Assembly: GCA_016788825.1 (NCBI GenBank)
Contig: JAEUSD010000011.1
Location: 12,322-36,321, forward strand
Direction of reading: 5' to 3'
Origin: Candidatus Doudnabacteria bacterium
GTDB lineage: Bacteria; Patescibacteriota; Dojkabacteria; J137; JAEUSD01
Length of the DNA: 24,000 bases
Shown here piece by piece: positions 15,622 to 24,000 of the stretch (positions are counted from its first letter, which is position 1; every line of letters starts with the position of its first letter). Position numbers and translations under genes: made by a program. The notes beneath the pieces are model-generated. The model was not told the DNA's origin, made no database searches, and worked only from the letters and a program-made list of their open reading frames with translations.

Positions 15622-16074
15622 TTACGATGGAGGTTCGCCGCCCTCCCTGCTCCAGATAAGAGTAAACCCTTTCATATCTTTCTTCCTTCTTCTGAAAGCG
15701 GTTACAAGATGTAACTCATTTTCTTTCTTGTTTTCTTCTATTGCAAGTAGGTAAAGCTGATCCTTATAGGTGTGCGTAAAAACTAAATCTGCTGTGCGTC
15801 CAGGTTTATTCAAGTATACAGCATCGGGATTGCTTATCATGGCTCGTAAGCGTTTTATGAGGACCAAGTAATCTGAAAGTGGGCGTTTGTCATAAATGTG
15901 CTTGAGTGTTTTTGTACTCAGGATAAGGACAGTATCTCTAAAGTAGAGCTTTCGATTTATATAAAGATTCAAAGCTAAAATTGCGAATGACTTCACTGTA
16001 ATGAAAACTTGGGGTGCAGTTTCAGCAACATACCTATTGTGGATTGTAATCGGTCGAGAAAATCTTTGCCTCAT
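15622..16074 (-). CDS. Possible barnase/EndoU/colicin/RelE-like (PBECR-type) nuclease domain protein
   Basis: ORF track 15622..16260; its first 62 codons are antisense to fmt and ATG 16074 has a TACTAT box 6 nt upstream. Core LILSTKTLKHIYDKR...DYLVLIKRLRAMISNPDAVYLNKPGRTADLVFTHTYKDQLYLLAIEE...NELHLVTAFRRRKKDM resembles PBECR-type domains by eye. Confidence 0.55.
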   Translation of the reverse strand: MRQRFSRPITIHNRYVAETAPQVFITVKSFAILALNLYINRKLYFRDTVLILSTKTLKHIYDKRPLSDYLVLIKRLRAMISNPDAVYLNKPGRTADLVFTHTYKDQLYLLAIEENKKENELHLVTAFRRRKKDMKGFTLIWSREGGEPPS

Positions 16075-16130
16075 CCAGATATAGTACTGGGCAGTTATTA
16101 ATTTTTTATTAACTTCACAAACATGTAAGG

Positions 16131-16136
16131 TATAAT
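16131..16136 (+). promoter_or_regulatory. -10 box (TATAAT) 5 nt upstream of fmt ATG
   Basis: AAGGTATAATTTCGCATG; TTAACT at 16109-16114 gives a 16-nt spacer to a weak -35. Confidence 0.65.
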
Positions 16137-16141
16137 TTCGC

Positions 16142-17092
16142 ATGCAAGGTAAAATAAAAACGCTTTTTATCGGGACAGGGGAGTTTGCCGTGCCGGTGTT
16201 GAAGAGTTTGGTGGGCTTGGAGCTGGTGGATTTGGTCGGAGTGGTGACGCAACCCGACAAGCCCGCAGGTCGTAAACAGGAGTTGACACCAGGGCCTTTG
16301 AAAAAGGCCCTACAAGAAATTCCAGACTTGGGAAACGTACAACTTTTCCAACCCGAGAAGCTACGCGAGGCCGCCGACGATATTATGTCTCAAACTTCGC
16401 CAGAGTTAATTGTCGTGGCGGCCTACGGTCAGATGATCCCAAACAGCATGCTAAATACCCCGAAACATAAATGTTTGAATTTGCACGGTTCATTACTCCC
16501 ACAACTCCGTGGTGCCGTTCCTGTGCAAATGGCTATTTTACAAGGGCTATCCGAAACCGGGGTGACGATCCAACAAATGGTGAAGGAGCTAGATGCTGGA
16601 CCGATTCTGACGACAGTAGATTGCGAGATCTCGCCAAGTGAAACCGCAGAATCGCTTATGAAGAAGCTGGCTGACTTGGGTGCTGCATTGCTCGTGGAAA
16701 CTTTACCTCGCTGGGTAGCTGGTGAGATTCAGCCCCAAGAGCAAGACCACTCCCAAGCGACCTTCTGTTACCAGGCTGACATCGCCAAAGAGAAGGCTGA
16801 AATTCGCTTTGAGACCCCGCTAGAACAGGTGGAAAGAATGGTGAGAGCTTTCTACCCCTGGCCAGTGGCCTGGGCGAAATTAGATGCGCAGGAGGGGAAA
16901 GCCTTAAAAATCTTCAAAGCCCGAATCGAGCAAGAGTTAAAGTTTAAATCAAACGAACTAGAGATACGAAGAGATGGTAAGAGATTGTTTCTAACATTGC
17001 AGAATGGCGTCTTAGAATTATTAGAAGTTCAGTTGGAGGGGAAACAAAGGCTGGGAGCTTTGGACTATCTCTGGCTAGTTAATGCTAAATGA
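16142..17092 (+). CDS. fmt: Methionyl-tRNA formyltransferase
   Basis: 316 aa; KTLFIGTGEFAVPVLKSL, VGVVTQPDKPAGR, LIVVAAYGQMIP, CLNLHGSLLPQLRGAVPVQMAILQG, TGVTIQQMVKELDAGPIL. Confidence 0.97.
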   Translation: MQGKIKTLFIGTGEFAVPVLKSLVGLELVDLVGVVTQPDKPAGRKQELTPGPLKKALQEIPDLGNVQLFQPEKLREAADDIMSQTSPELIVVAAYGQMIPNSMLNTPKHKCLNLHGSLLPQLRGAVPVQMAILQGLSETGVTIQQMVKELDAGPILTTVDCEISPSETAESLMKKLADLGAALLVETLPRWVAGEIQPQEQDHSQATFCYQADIAKEKAEIRFETPLEQVERMVRAFYPWPVAWAKLDAQEGKALKIFKARIEQELKFKSNELEIRRDGKRLFLTLQNGVLELLEVQLEGKQRLGALDYLWLVNAK

Positions 17093-17626
17093 ATTGACTA
17101 CTTGCATGTAAGCTTGTAGATGTTGTGAAAATAATGCGGGTACGGCAAAATATTGGATGGAGTAGACCTCTCCATCCTTAACTATTATAGTGACTTTTTG
17201 TTGAAGAGTTCTTCCGGCAGGTTCTGTGTAAGAATATGTAAACGAAGGATAGTCCTGTTTCCCCGAGGTAATTTGCTCTAGGTCAATTAACTTAAAATCT
17301 GCAAGGTTTTCACTGTGATAGTCTATTTCGCTATTAGCATAGGCTTCCGCAGAGTTATCTATGGTGGGGAGATCGGATTTATAAACTGCAATTACTCCGG
17401 CGGATTCTATAGCTGTTCCTGTGATTAGGGTAACACTTGCCTCACCCTGTAAAGCAGCTTGTAAATTCCAATTTAGAGGGTATTCGAATGTGTAGTACTC
17501 ATTGCCAAATGTTCTTGGTCGATTTAGTAAAAATATCATGCCAACAACCAACAACCCGACAACTAGGGCTATCCCGATAAGCATGGAGTTCTTCTTGTTT
17601 GGCAGTTTTATATTTATATACCCCAT
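17075..17626 (-). CDS. N-terminally membrane-anchored PsbP-like protein of unknown function
   Basis: 183 aa; TM MLIGIALVVGLLVVGMIFLL, then YYTFEYPLNWNLQ...VNSFSI, reminiscent of PsbP/DcrB-like folds; sits next to the Cys-rich gene on the same strand. Confidence 0.7.
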   Translation of the reverse strand: MGYINIKLPNKKNSMLIGIALVVGLLVVGMIFLLNRPRTFGNEYYTFEYPLNWNLQAALQGEASVTLITGTAIESAGVIAVYKSDLPTIDNSAEAYANSEIDYHSENLADFKLIDLEQITSGKQDYPSFTYSYTEPAGRTLQQKVTIIVKDGEVYSIQYFAVPALFSQHLQAYMQVVNSFSIN

Positions 17627-17645
17627 AATTACCTTTATAATAATA

Positions 17646-19385
17646 TTAACCTCTAGGAATTACTGTCGCGTCTTTGGGCAGGCAGAGCGATTGTTCCGAG
17701 CTACACACTCCCTCTTCCACGCAGTTGGATTCGACATCTGTTGCTTTTCTACACTCTAAACCCCAGTCACATTGATTATTGTTCTGATCACAAACGCTTC
17801 CGTAAGGCAAAAATTTTACACATATGTCACCCACACATTTGTTATCTGGCTCCTCACAGTATCTGTCACTACCGGAGCATTTCCCGCCTGTTTTAATAGG
17901 AATAAATGGCAGGTAGTCTGCCTCTGAAGCATCATCGGTGATTGGCACAGCTATAAGTCCATTTTGGGCAACAACACATTTACCAATACGATTAACCCAG
18001 TCATTCTCTGCGCCGATAGTTTGTATGGCGACTATTTGCCCTCTAAGAGTACAACCCAAGGTAAAGTTTCCGGTTTGAGGCTCCTCTGTACCTGCAGTCT
18101 GGCATGTATTATTTAGACACACTAACCCACTCCCGCAAGCGGCGGAATTAGGACAATATATTCCTTCACGGGCTTTACAGGTAGATACTGGGTAAGATAT
18201 CCCGTTTGCAAGCGTTTTTGTCTCTGTGACGCAGCTACCACTTATGCAGGAGTTTATTTCTTCGTCTGGTATGCAGTTTCCGCCTGGCATGATATAGGAA
18301 ACTGCAGAGGTGCAAGTAGGGTTTTTTATAGTTTGAGGGAAAAGTGTGACCTCATATTGCCCCGTGTCTGGGTTAAGGTACCTGATTGGGTTTTCGCGAC
18401 AGATTTCAGAGGGCACTACACCACAGCTTCCGGTTGATGTATACCCAATAACATCACCTGCTTCTTTGTTCGCACACTTCCCATCTGGGTCTAGATCATT
18501 AGTAGTAGCCTGGTTGGCCGTACCTCTTATTGGTATTGGAAACCTATAATCGTTAGTTACTGTTTCCATGCCGATGCTTTGACTTTTTTTGACACAAAGC
18601 CTATCGCTTTTACACTCATATGTACTATCACTACACCGTTTCCCACTACCTCCGCACTCCACACCTGTCGGAGCTTTCACTTGTTTTGATAAACGGCCTG
18701 TATAAATATTCTGTTGAACAGTCGGATTTTCAGCAGGGGGATTAACAGGGTTAGGATCACTTGAGATCTCATCACACCTACCACCAACACAAGTTAGGCC
18801 AGACCGACAACTGGAGTCTCCCACGCATTTTGAACCAACATTTCCTTGCCCAGTACCCACACACTTACAAGCAGTATTGCATACACAGTTAGAATCAGTA
18901 GAGTCTCCCGGTCTCAAGCCATTGCAAATATCTCCGGGAACACTACACGCAGGATTCTCAGCTGGTGGTGGAGGTGTAGGGGTAGGTTTAGGAGGCTCTG
19001 GGTTACTCTTGAAAGGCACGCAAGCACAGGCGTTAGGATTCGTACTTGTTGCAGACCTCACACAACGGCAGATATCTCCGGGGGTTTGGTTAATCTGGCT
19101 ACAATTGCGTGCATTGCCTGGCCCGGAGCATGTATTTCCATCACCTGGAGGAGGGTTTGTAGGATTGTCACAGGTTTGGGCATATGGTCCTGTAGTAGGA
19201 ATACAGCCCTTATCTGGGCACCATATCTCGTAATGTGGTGGTTCTACGCGACAACCATGTTCATCCACTACTGAAATATCTACAAAGCTACTTAGAAACC
19301 CATTAGAGACTGCGAGAAGCAGTGCACTCACTGCTAGGGTGATAACAAGAAGGATTAAAGCAACGTTACGTTTAAAGTTAGCCAT
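17646..19385 (-). CDS. Large cysteine-rich, N-terminally anchored extracellular protein
   Basis: 579 aa; TM VALILLVITLAVSALLLAV; about 48 Cys by hand count; repeated Cys modules (CVGDSSCRSGLTCVGGRC, CPNSAACGSGLVCLNNTC, CDQNNNQCDWGLEC) and a Pro-rich linker PEPPKPTPTPPPPAENP. Confidence 0.85.
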   Translation of the reverse strand: MANFKRNVALILLVITLAVSALLLAVSNGFLSSFVDISVVDEHGCRVEPPHYEIWCPDKGCIPTTGPYAQTCDNPTNPPPGDGNTCSGPGNARNCSQINQTPGDICRCVRSATSTNPNACACVPFKSNPEPPKPTPTPPPPAENPACSVPGDICNGLRPGDSTDSNCVCNTACKCVGTGQGNVGSKCVGDSSCRSGLTCVGGRCDEISSDPNPVNPPAENPTVQQNIYTGRLSKQVKAPTGVECGGSGKRCSDSTYECKSDRLCVKKSQSIGMETVTNDYRFPIPIRGTANQATTNDLDPDGKCANKEAGDVIGYTSTGSCGVVPSEICRENPIRYLNPDTGQYEVTLFPQTIKNPTCTSAVSYIMPGGNCIPDEEINSCISGSCVTETKTLANGISYPVSTCKAREGIYCPNSAACGSGLVCLNNTCQTAGTEEPQTGNFTLGCTLRGQIVAIQTIGAENDWVNRIGKCVVAQNGLIAVPITDDASEADYLPFIPIKTGGKCSGSDRYCEEPDNKCVGDICVKFLPYGSVCDQNNNQCDWGLECRKATDVESNCVEEGVCSSEQSLCLPKDATVIPRG

Positions 19386-19430
19386 ATTCGGACTGAAGCT
19401 ACTCTAAACATTTTTAAATGTCGTGTCAAC

Positions 19431-19451
19431 AGGGGTTTTTACGAAACCCCT
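19431..19451. other. Perfect 8-bp stem-loop overlapping the gatB stop codon
   Basis: AGGGGTTT-TTACG-AAACCCCT; no clear U tract after it on either strand, so only a weak terminator candidate. Confidence 0.5.
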
Positions 19452-20875
19452 AATTTCGTGCGGATGGCTTGCTCAGCAAGCTTTGGATTGGCCTGCCCTT
19501 TGGTAGCCTTCATCACCTGGCCGACAAGAGCATTGATCGCATTAGGATTTTTTGCCAGGGAATCGACAAGTTTCTGATTATTTACAATTACCTCATCCAC
19601 AATCTTTTCTAGTGCTCCGGAATCAGAGATCTGTTCCAAACCCTGAGATTTCACGATCTCCTCAGCCCTCCCACCACTTTCAAACATCTCCTCCAAAACC
19701 TTTTTCACAATCGTCCCAGATATCTTGTTCTCAGCCACACTTTCAACCAAGAAAATCAGATCTGTTGGGGAAACGGGCAGTTCGGCGACGGAGACACCCT
19801 TCTTTTCCATCAAACCTGACACGTCGCCGATAAACCATTTCACAGCCTGCTTCAACTTTTCAGCTGCTAAGTCTTTGCTTAGCAAATCAATCCAATCACC
19901 CTTGTCACGTTGTTCAACCAAGATCTCTGCCTGTTCAAGCTCCAAACCCCAGTCGTGGACGTAACGGTCGCGGCGAGCGGCAGGCAACTCTGGCAATTCA
20001 GACCTAATCTCCGCGAGCCACTCGTCAGAAATATAAATCGGAGGGATATCTGGCTCTGGGAAATATCTGTAATCGTCCTCTGTCTCTTTGAGACGCTGAG
20101 ACACTGTAGCCCCAGACATATCTCGAATCCCTCTAGTCTCAGCCACCACCTTCTCCCCCTTAGCCAAAATCTCTGATTGGCGCTTAACTTCAAACTGCAA
20201 GACTTTTTCCAGCACAGAGATAGAGCCAATATTCTTTACCTCCACTTTGTAGTTAGGCAGCTTACCGTCTGGCTCATTTGTACGTACAGAAATATTTAAT
20301 TCAAAGCGCATCTGACCTTTTTGCATTTCAGCATCACTGATCCCGACGTACTGCACAGTCTGCTTCAATAGTTTGGCAAATGCAGTAACTTCCTTTAACT
20401 CCTGAAAGTCTGGCTCCGTCACGATCTCAATCAAAGGGACACCAGCTTTGTTATAGTCCAAAAGCGTGCCATCGTCTGTGTGGATGCTTTTACCTGTATC
20501 TTCCTCAATATGCACGCGACGAATGCGGATGCGTCGTGCATCCCCCTCTACATCGATTTCTAAGTACCCATCGTGACCGACGGGGTAATCGTACTGCGAG
20601 ATCTGGTAGCCCTTTGGTAAATCCGGGTAAAAGTAGTTTTTGCGGTCGAATTTAGTTTTCTGATTTATCTGACAATTCAAAGCCAAAGAAATGGCAATAC
20701 ATTTACGGATAGCCTCCTCGTTTGGCACAGGCATCGCTCCCGGAAGTCCGAGAGACACAGGGTCTACATGCGAGTTTGGTTCGTCTGCAAAGTATTCTGC
20801 AGAAACCGGACTAAACATCTTGGATTTTGTTTTGGCCTGAACGTGAATTTCAAGACCGATTACTGGTTGCGCCAT
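19439..20875 (-). CDS. gatB: Aspartyl/glutamyl-tRNA(Asn/Gln) amidotransferase subunit B
   Basis: 478 aa; VIGLEIHVQAKTKSKMFSP, DPVSLGLPGAMPVPNEEAI, FYPDLPKGYQISQYD, DYRYFPEPDIPPI. Confidence 0.97.
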   Translation of the reverse strand: MAQPVIGLEIHVQAKTKSKMFSPVSAEYFADEPNSHVDPVSLGLPGAMPVPNEEAIRKCIAISLALNCQINQKTKFDRKNYFYPDLPKGYQISQYDYPVGHDGYLEIDVEGDARRIRIRRVHIEEDTGKSIHTDDGTLLDYNKAGVPLIEIVTEPDFQELKEVTAFAKLLKQTVQYVGISDAEMQKGQMRFELNISVRTNEPDGKLPNYKVEVKNIGSISVLEKVLQFEVKRQSEILAKGEKVVAETRGIRDMSGATVSQRLKETEDDYRYFPEPDIPPIYISDEWLAEIRSELPELPAARRDRYVHDWGLELEQAEILVEQRDKGDWIDLLSKDLAAEKLKQAVKWFIGDVSGLMEKKGVSVAELPVSPTDLIFLVESVAENKISGTIVKKVLEEMFESGGRAEEIVKSQGLEQISDSGALEKIVDEVIVNNQKLVDSLAKNPNAINALVGQVMKATKGQANPKLAEQAIRTKLGVS

Positions 20876-20958
20876 AACGATTTATGATATAATTACTTAT
20901 CACGATGGTAGGACTACCAAAGGAAGATGTCGATCTCCGCGGGAATGCCTACCTTTTT

Positions 20959-21492
20959 TTACGCCTTTTTTACCTTTTCCACCTTTCCTTTAGCGTTGCT
21001 GATAGGTGCAATATAGTCAGCAAAACGCCTCAGCAAGGAAGAGTATCTCTGATTTGGAGTAATAACTTTACCCAACTTCTCTTGGTCTTCTAAATATTCA
21101 ATCAAGCAGTGAAAATCCCCATCTCCCGACACAATGATAGCCTTATCATATTTGGGGTAGTGGATCATTGTGTGCAAAACAAGCTCAGCATCAACATTTC
21201 CCTTTACCTCTACTGTCTTTCCTTTCTTGATTTCAAGTATAGGTTTGAAAACTAAGATATACCCAACCCTCTGTAGGTAAGAGTATAGAACACTATTACC
21301 AGGAATAAAACCAATAAATAGGTACGCTTGCTCCACTCCGTACTTACCTCGCAGGTATTTACGAAATCTACCAAAATCTAACTCCCAACCGGCTTGCTTC
21401 ACGCCTTTGTAAAGATTTTGGCTATCAATAAAAGCGTAGGTATTTTTTTGCTTAGTAGAATCTTTCATCCTAATTTGTACAATTTTGAGCAA
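20959..21492 (-). CDS. NYN domain (LabA/DUF88-like, PIN-like) protein
   Basis: 177 aa; NTYAFIDSQNLYKGVKQAGWELDFGRFRKYL, AELVLHTMIHYPKYDKAIIVSGDGDFHCLIEYL, GKVITPNQRYSSLLRRFADYI. Confidence 0.92.
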   Translation of the reverse strand: MLKIVQIRMKDSTKQKNTYAFIDSQNLYKGVKQAGWELDFGRFRKYLRGKYGVEQAYLFIGFIPGNSVLYSYLQRVGYILVFKPILEIKKGKTVEVKGNVDAELVLHTMIHYPKYDKAIIVSGDGDFHCLIEYLEDQEKLGKVITPNQRYSSLLRRFADYIAPISNAKGKVEKVKKA

Positions 21493-22876
21493 TCATAAAT
21501 AACTTCTCTTCTTCAAACCTATTTGTCATGATCTGGAAGCCGATAGGCAAACCTTCACTGTTGGTGCCGCACTTCACGCTGATCGCTGGGCAACCAGTGA
21601 GGTTTGCCGTCACCGTATAAATGTCCATCAAATACATGGCCAACGGGTCATCAGATTTCTCGCCAATCTTTGGCGCTACACAAGGAGCCGTTGGCCCGAC
21701 AACTGCATCTACATCTTTGAATGCGTCAGTCACTTGCTGAGTCAACTTCGCTCTCACTTTGGCTGCTGTTTTGTAGAACGCATCAGCATAACCCGCAGAT
21801 AGCGCGTAAGTTCCGATCATAATTCTGCGCTTCACTTCTGGCTCAAAAAACTGGCCGCGGCCTTTCATCATATTCTCGTGGTAATCTTCAGAAACTTTTG
21901 GACCGAATCTCACACCGTCATAGCGGGCCATGTTTGAAGAGATTTCAGCCGGAACGAGTACATAGTACACGGCAAGACCGATTGGTAACAAAGGAATAGA
22001 GATATCCACAATTTCAGCACCTTGCTCTTTCAAGTTCTCAATCGCTGTTTGAACTTTTTCTCTCACTTCATCATCCAAGCCTTCAGCAAAATATTCTTTG
22101 GGCACACCAATCCGCATACCTTTGACGCTAGATTTCTGCGCGGCGGCTGTATAGTCTGGCACAGGGTGATCATAAGTTGTGGCATCGAGGGGATCTTTGC
22201 CGGCTAGGATAGTCTCAACGTAGGCGACATCGTTAACTGAGTCAGCAAAGATCCCCACAGTGTCAAAAGACGAAGCCATCGCAATCAGTCCATACCGAGA
22301 ATTTCGACCATAGGTCGGTTTGAAACCTACTGTACCTACAAAACTAGCTGGTTCGCGTACTGAGCCTCCGGTGTCCGTTCCCAAGGAGAATAGACCGATC
22401 CCGGCGGCCGCGGCCGCGGCCGCCCCTGAGCTGGACCCGCCAGGCACTCTACTCTTATCCACCGGATTCAACGCGGGTCCATAACCTGAGTTTTCTCCGC
22501 TTCCTCCAAACGCAAATGGATCACAGTTTGTTTTGCCAATGATGATTGCGCCTTCTGCTTCGATCTTCTTCACAACCGTAGCCGAGTAAGGCGCGATAAA
22601 ATCTTTGAGATACTGTGAGCCAGCAGTCGTTCTAACCCCTTCGGTCATGATCACATCTTTCACCGTACAAGGGACCCCTGCTAGCGTGCCCACCTCTTCA
22701 CCTGCCGCAATTTTGCGATCTATCTCACGTGCCTTCTCGATTGCTTCTTCAATCACAGTTGTAAAAGCATTGAGCTCTTTACCCAAAGTCTTGGCTTTTT
22801 CAATGTGTTCGCGAACTAGCTGTTCAGAAGACAGTTCTTTAGATTTAATTTTGTTTACAACTTCTGAGATTAACAT
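21470..22876 (-). CDS. gatA: Aspartyl/glutamyl-tRNA(Asn/Gln) amidotransferase subunit A
   Basis: 468 aa; GVPCTVKDVIMTEG, VPGGSSSGAAAAAAAGIGLFSLGTDTGGSVREPASFVG, TGCPAISVKCG. Confidence 0.97.
   Translation of the reverse strand: MLISEVVNKIKSKELSSEQLVREHIEKAKTLGKELNAFTTVIEEAIEKAREIDRKIAAGEEVGTLAGVPCTVKDVIMTEGVRTTAGSQYLKDFIAPYSATVVKKIEAEGAIIIGKTNCDPFAFGGSGENSGYGPALNPVDKSRVPGGSSSGAAAAAAAGIGLFSLGTDTGGSVREPASFVGTVGFKPTYGRNSRYGLIAMASSFDTVGIFADSVNDVAYVETILAGKDPLDATTYDHPVPDYTAAAQKSSVKGMRIGVPKEYFAEGLDDEVREKVQTAIENLKEQGAEIVDISIPLLPIGLAVYYVLVPAEISSNMARYDGVRFGPKVSEDYHENMMKGRGQFFEPEVKRRIMIGTYALSAGYADAFYKTAAKVRAKLTQQVTDAFKDVDAVVGPTAPCVAPKIGEKSDDPLAMYLMDIYTVTANLTGCPAISVKCGTNSEGLPIGFQIMTNRFEEEKLFMIAQNCTN
22404..22423. 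repeat. Short GC-only tandem (overlapping NotI-like GCGGCCGC units) in gatA
   Basis: GCGGCCGCGGCCGCGGCCGC encodes part of the poly-Ala stretch of GatA. Confidence 0.8.
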
Positions 22877-22905
22877 TATCTTAGAACTTAGAATTTAAAT
22901 TCTGA

Positions 22906-23211
22906 CTACTCCTCACCTCCTACAATCTTACTTGTTTTAAAGCTTGAACCTTCAGACCGTCCTTCTGTTGCATTGATTGTAATTTTATCCTTAGCAATCG
23001 GTGCGCCGGCCTCATCTTTGCGTAAAACTGGACCTGCAAAATCTGCCACATGAGTTGTATCTGTGACATCTGAAATATCTATATCTTTGAGCTGGGAAAC
23101 ATAATCCAAGATGGAGCTAATCTCTCCGGCATACTTATCCAACTCTTCATCTGTGAGATCCAATTTGGCCAGCAAAGCGATGCGGCGAACTTCTTCACGG
23201 GTAAGTTTCAT
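22906..23211 (-). CDS. gatC: Aspartyl/glutamyl-tRNA(Asn/Gln) amidotransferase subunit C
   Basis: 101 aa; KLTREEVRRIALLAKLDLTDEELDKYAGEISSILDYVSQLKDID, LRKDEAG. Confidence 0.95.
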   Translation of the reverse strand: MKLTREEVRRIALLAKLDLTDEELDKYAGEISSILDYVSQLKDIDISDVTDTTHVADFAGPVLRKDEAGAPIAKDKITINATEGRSEGSSFKTSKIVGGEE

Positions 23212-23316
23212 ACCAGGGAATGATAGCGCAGGAAGGAGATCTTGAGCAACTTTAGAGCTCAGACTTACTTTTACCTAGAATCGAATCGCATACTACACGT
23301 ATATATCCCAGAGATA

Positions 23317-24000
23317 TTACAGTGAAATTTCTTCAAACCTTTGTGGAATATGCGGATGGTCTATCCCCTCTTGTTCAAAACGTTGCTTGAGAGCCTCAGC
23401 CGACTCCGGCTCAGCATGCACCAGCATAATTTTCTTCAACCTCGGAGAGTTATAGCGTTTTACCCAGGCAATATAATCATTCGTATCTCCATGAGCAGAA
23501 AAACCAGTCAAATGCACAATTTTCGCTCTCACCTGAACCAATTTATCCTCAACTACTATCTCCTTCACACCATCCACAAGTTGACGCCCGATAGTCCCCT
23601 CTGCCTGATAGCCAACAAAGATAACAGTATTCTTGGAGTTGCCCAAGTTTGTAACCAAATGCTCAAGAATACGGCCGCCATCAGCCATTCCACTACCCGC
23701 CATAATAATTTGGCCTGGCCGACGAGAAATCTTTTGTGACTGTCTAAAATTCGAAACCCAATGCAATTCTTCGAAGTCAAACAAAGAATCCTCAGCATGA
23801 TCCAAAGCTTCGTGATAAATCTGAGTGACGCGCTGGGCCATTGGACTATCTAGCCACACAGGAACATCACTGCCCAGCGCGCCAGATTGTTTAGCCAGTT
23901 TAAAATCATTCAAAAGCTCTTGGGTACGTTGCACCGCAAAACAAGGAATAAACACACTTCCCCCTCGCTCCAGAGTCTCATTTACAGCATTGATCAATTC
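23317..24000 (-). CDS. Beta-CASP metallo-beta-lactamase fold ribonuclease (partial, N-terminus beyond the right edge)
   Basis: VFIPCFAVQRTQELL, PVWLDSPMA, QIIMAGSGMADGGRILEHL, NTVIFVGYQAEGTIGRQLVDG, LTGFSAHGD, IMLVHAEPESAEALKQRF: beta-CASP and RMMBL motifs. Confidence 0.9.
   Translation of the reverse strand, partial: ELINAVNETLERGGSVFIPCFAVQRTQELLNDFKLAKQSGALGSDVPVWLDSPMAQRVTQIYHEALDHAEDSLFDFEELHWVSNFRQSQKISRRPGQIIMAGSGMADGGRILEHLVTNLGNSKNTVIFVGYQAEGTIGRQLVDGVKEIVVEDKLVQVRAKIVHLTGFSAHGDTNDYIAWVKRYNSPRLKKIMLVHAEPESAEALKQRFEQEGIDHPHIPQRFEEISL

Noticed and set aside
18346-19274. ORFs 18346..18549, 18846..19274, 18877..19233
   Set aside because: Antisense to the Cys-rich ORF; the 'GGGGVGVGLGG' type stretches mirror its Pro-rich linker.
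19431-19451. AGGGGTTT-TTACG-AAACCCCT as a confident intrinsic terminator for gatB
   Set aside because: No U tract follows the stem on either strand and it overlaps the stop codon; kept only as a stem-loop.
19552-20229. ORFs opposite or out of frame in gatB (19552, 19725, 19879, 19910)
   Set aside because: gatB occupies this interval with clear motifs; these ORFs lack starts, motifs or context.
22404-22423. GC-only tandem (NotI-like) repeat as an unusual element
   Set aside because: It simply encodes the Ala-rich glycine/serine/alanine segment of GatA; codon-usage curiosity only.

Overview
The window looks like a chromosomal segment of a small-genome bacterium, probably CPR/Patescibacteria-like (inference from gene content and style only). 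It uses the standard code; for example, fmt ends on TGA. Almost all of it is protein coding. Recognisable genes, in window order, are: Amidase_3-type N-acetylmuramoyl-L-alanine amidase (minus, runs off the left edge, absent from the ORF track); VOC protein; membrane-anchored HEFAH protein; wHTH-Nudix protein; small DGNKR-motif ORF; a minus-strand cluster ileS-lepB-parA-(unknown 264 aa)-parB; a T-box riboswitch in front of ileS; a Phd/YefM-RelE toxin-antitoxin pair with a perfect operator-like palindrome over its -10 box; lipoprotein; FNR-like oxidoreductase; unknown ORF; lgt; DHH/NrnA-like phosphoesterase; possible PBECR-like nuclease divergent from fmt; a PsbP-like anchored protein and a very Cys-rich anchored protein; gatC-gatA-NYN-gatB; and a partial beta-CASP metallo-beta-lactamase RNase. 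The most interesting observations are the T-box with a competing terminator and an apparently minimal Stem I upstream of ileS/parAB, the autoregulated overlapping TA pair next to it, a recurrent -10 box about 5-7 nt before the start codon (probable leaderless mRNAs), the undescribed gene between parA and parB, the cysteine-rich surface protein, the HExxH membrane protein and the candidate PBECR nuclease. No mobile element, CRISPR array, tRNA or rRNA gene was found.
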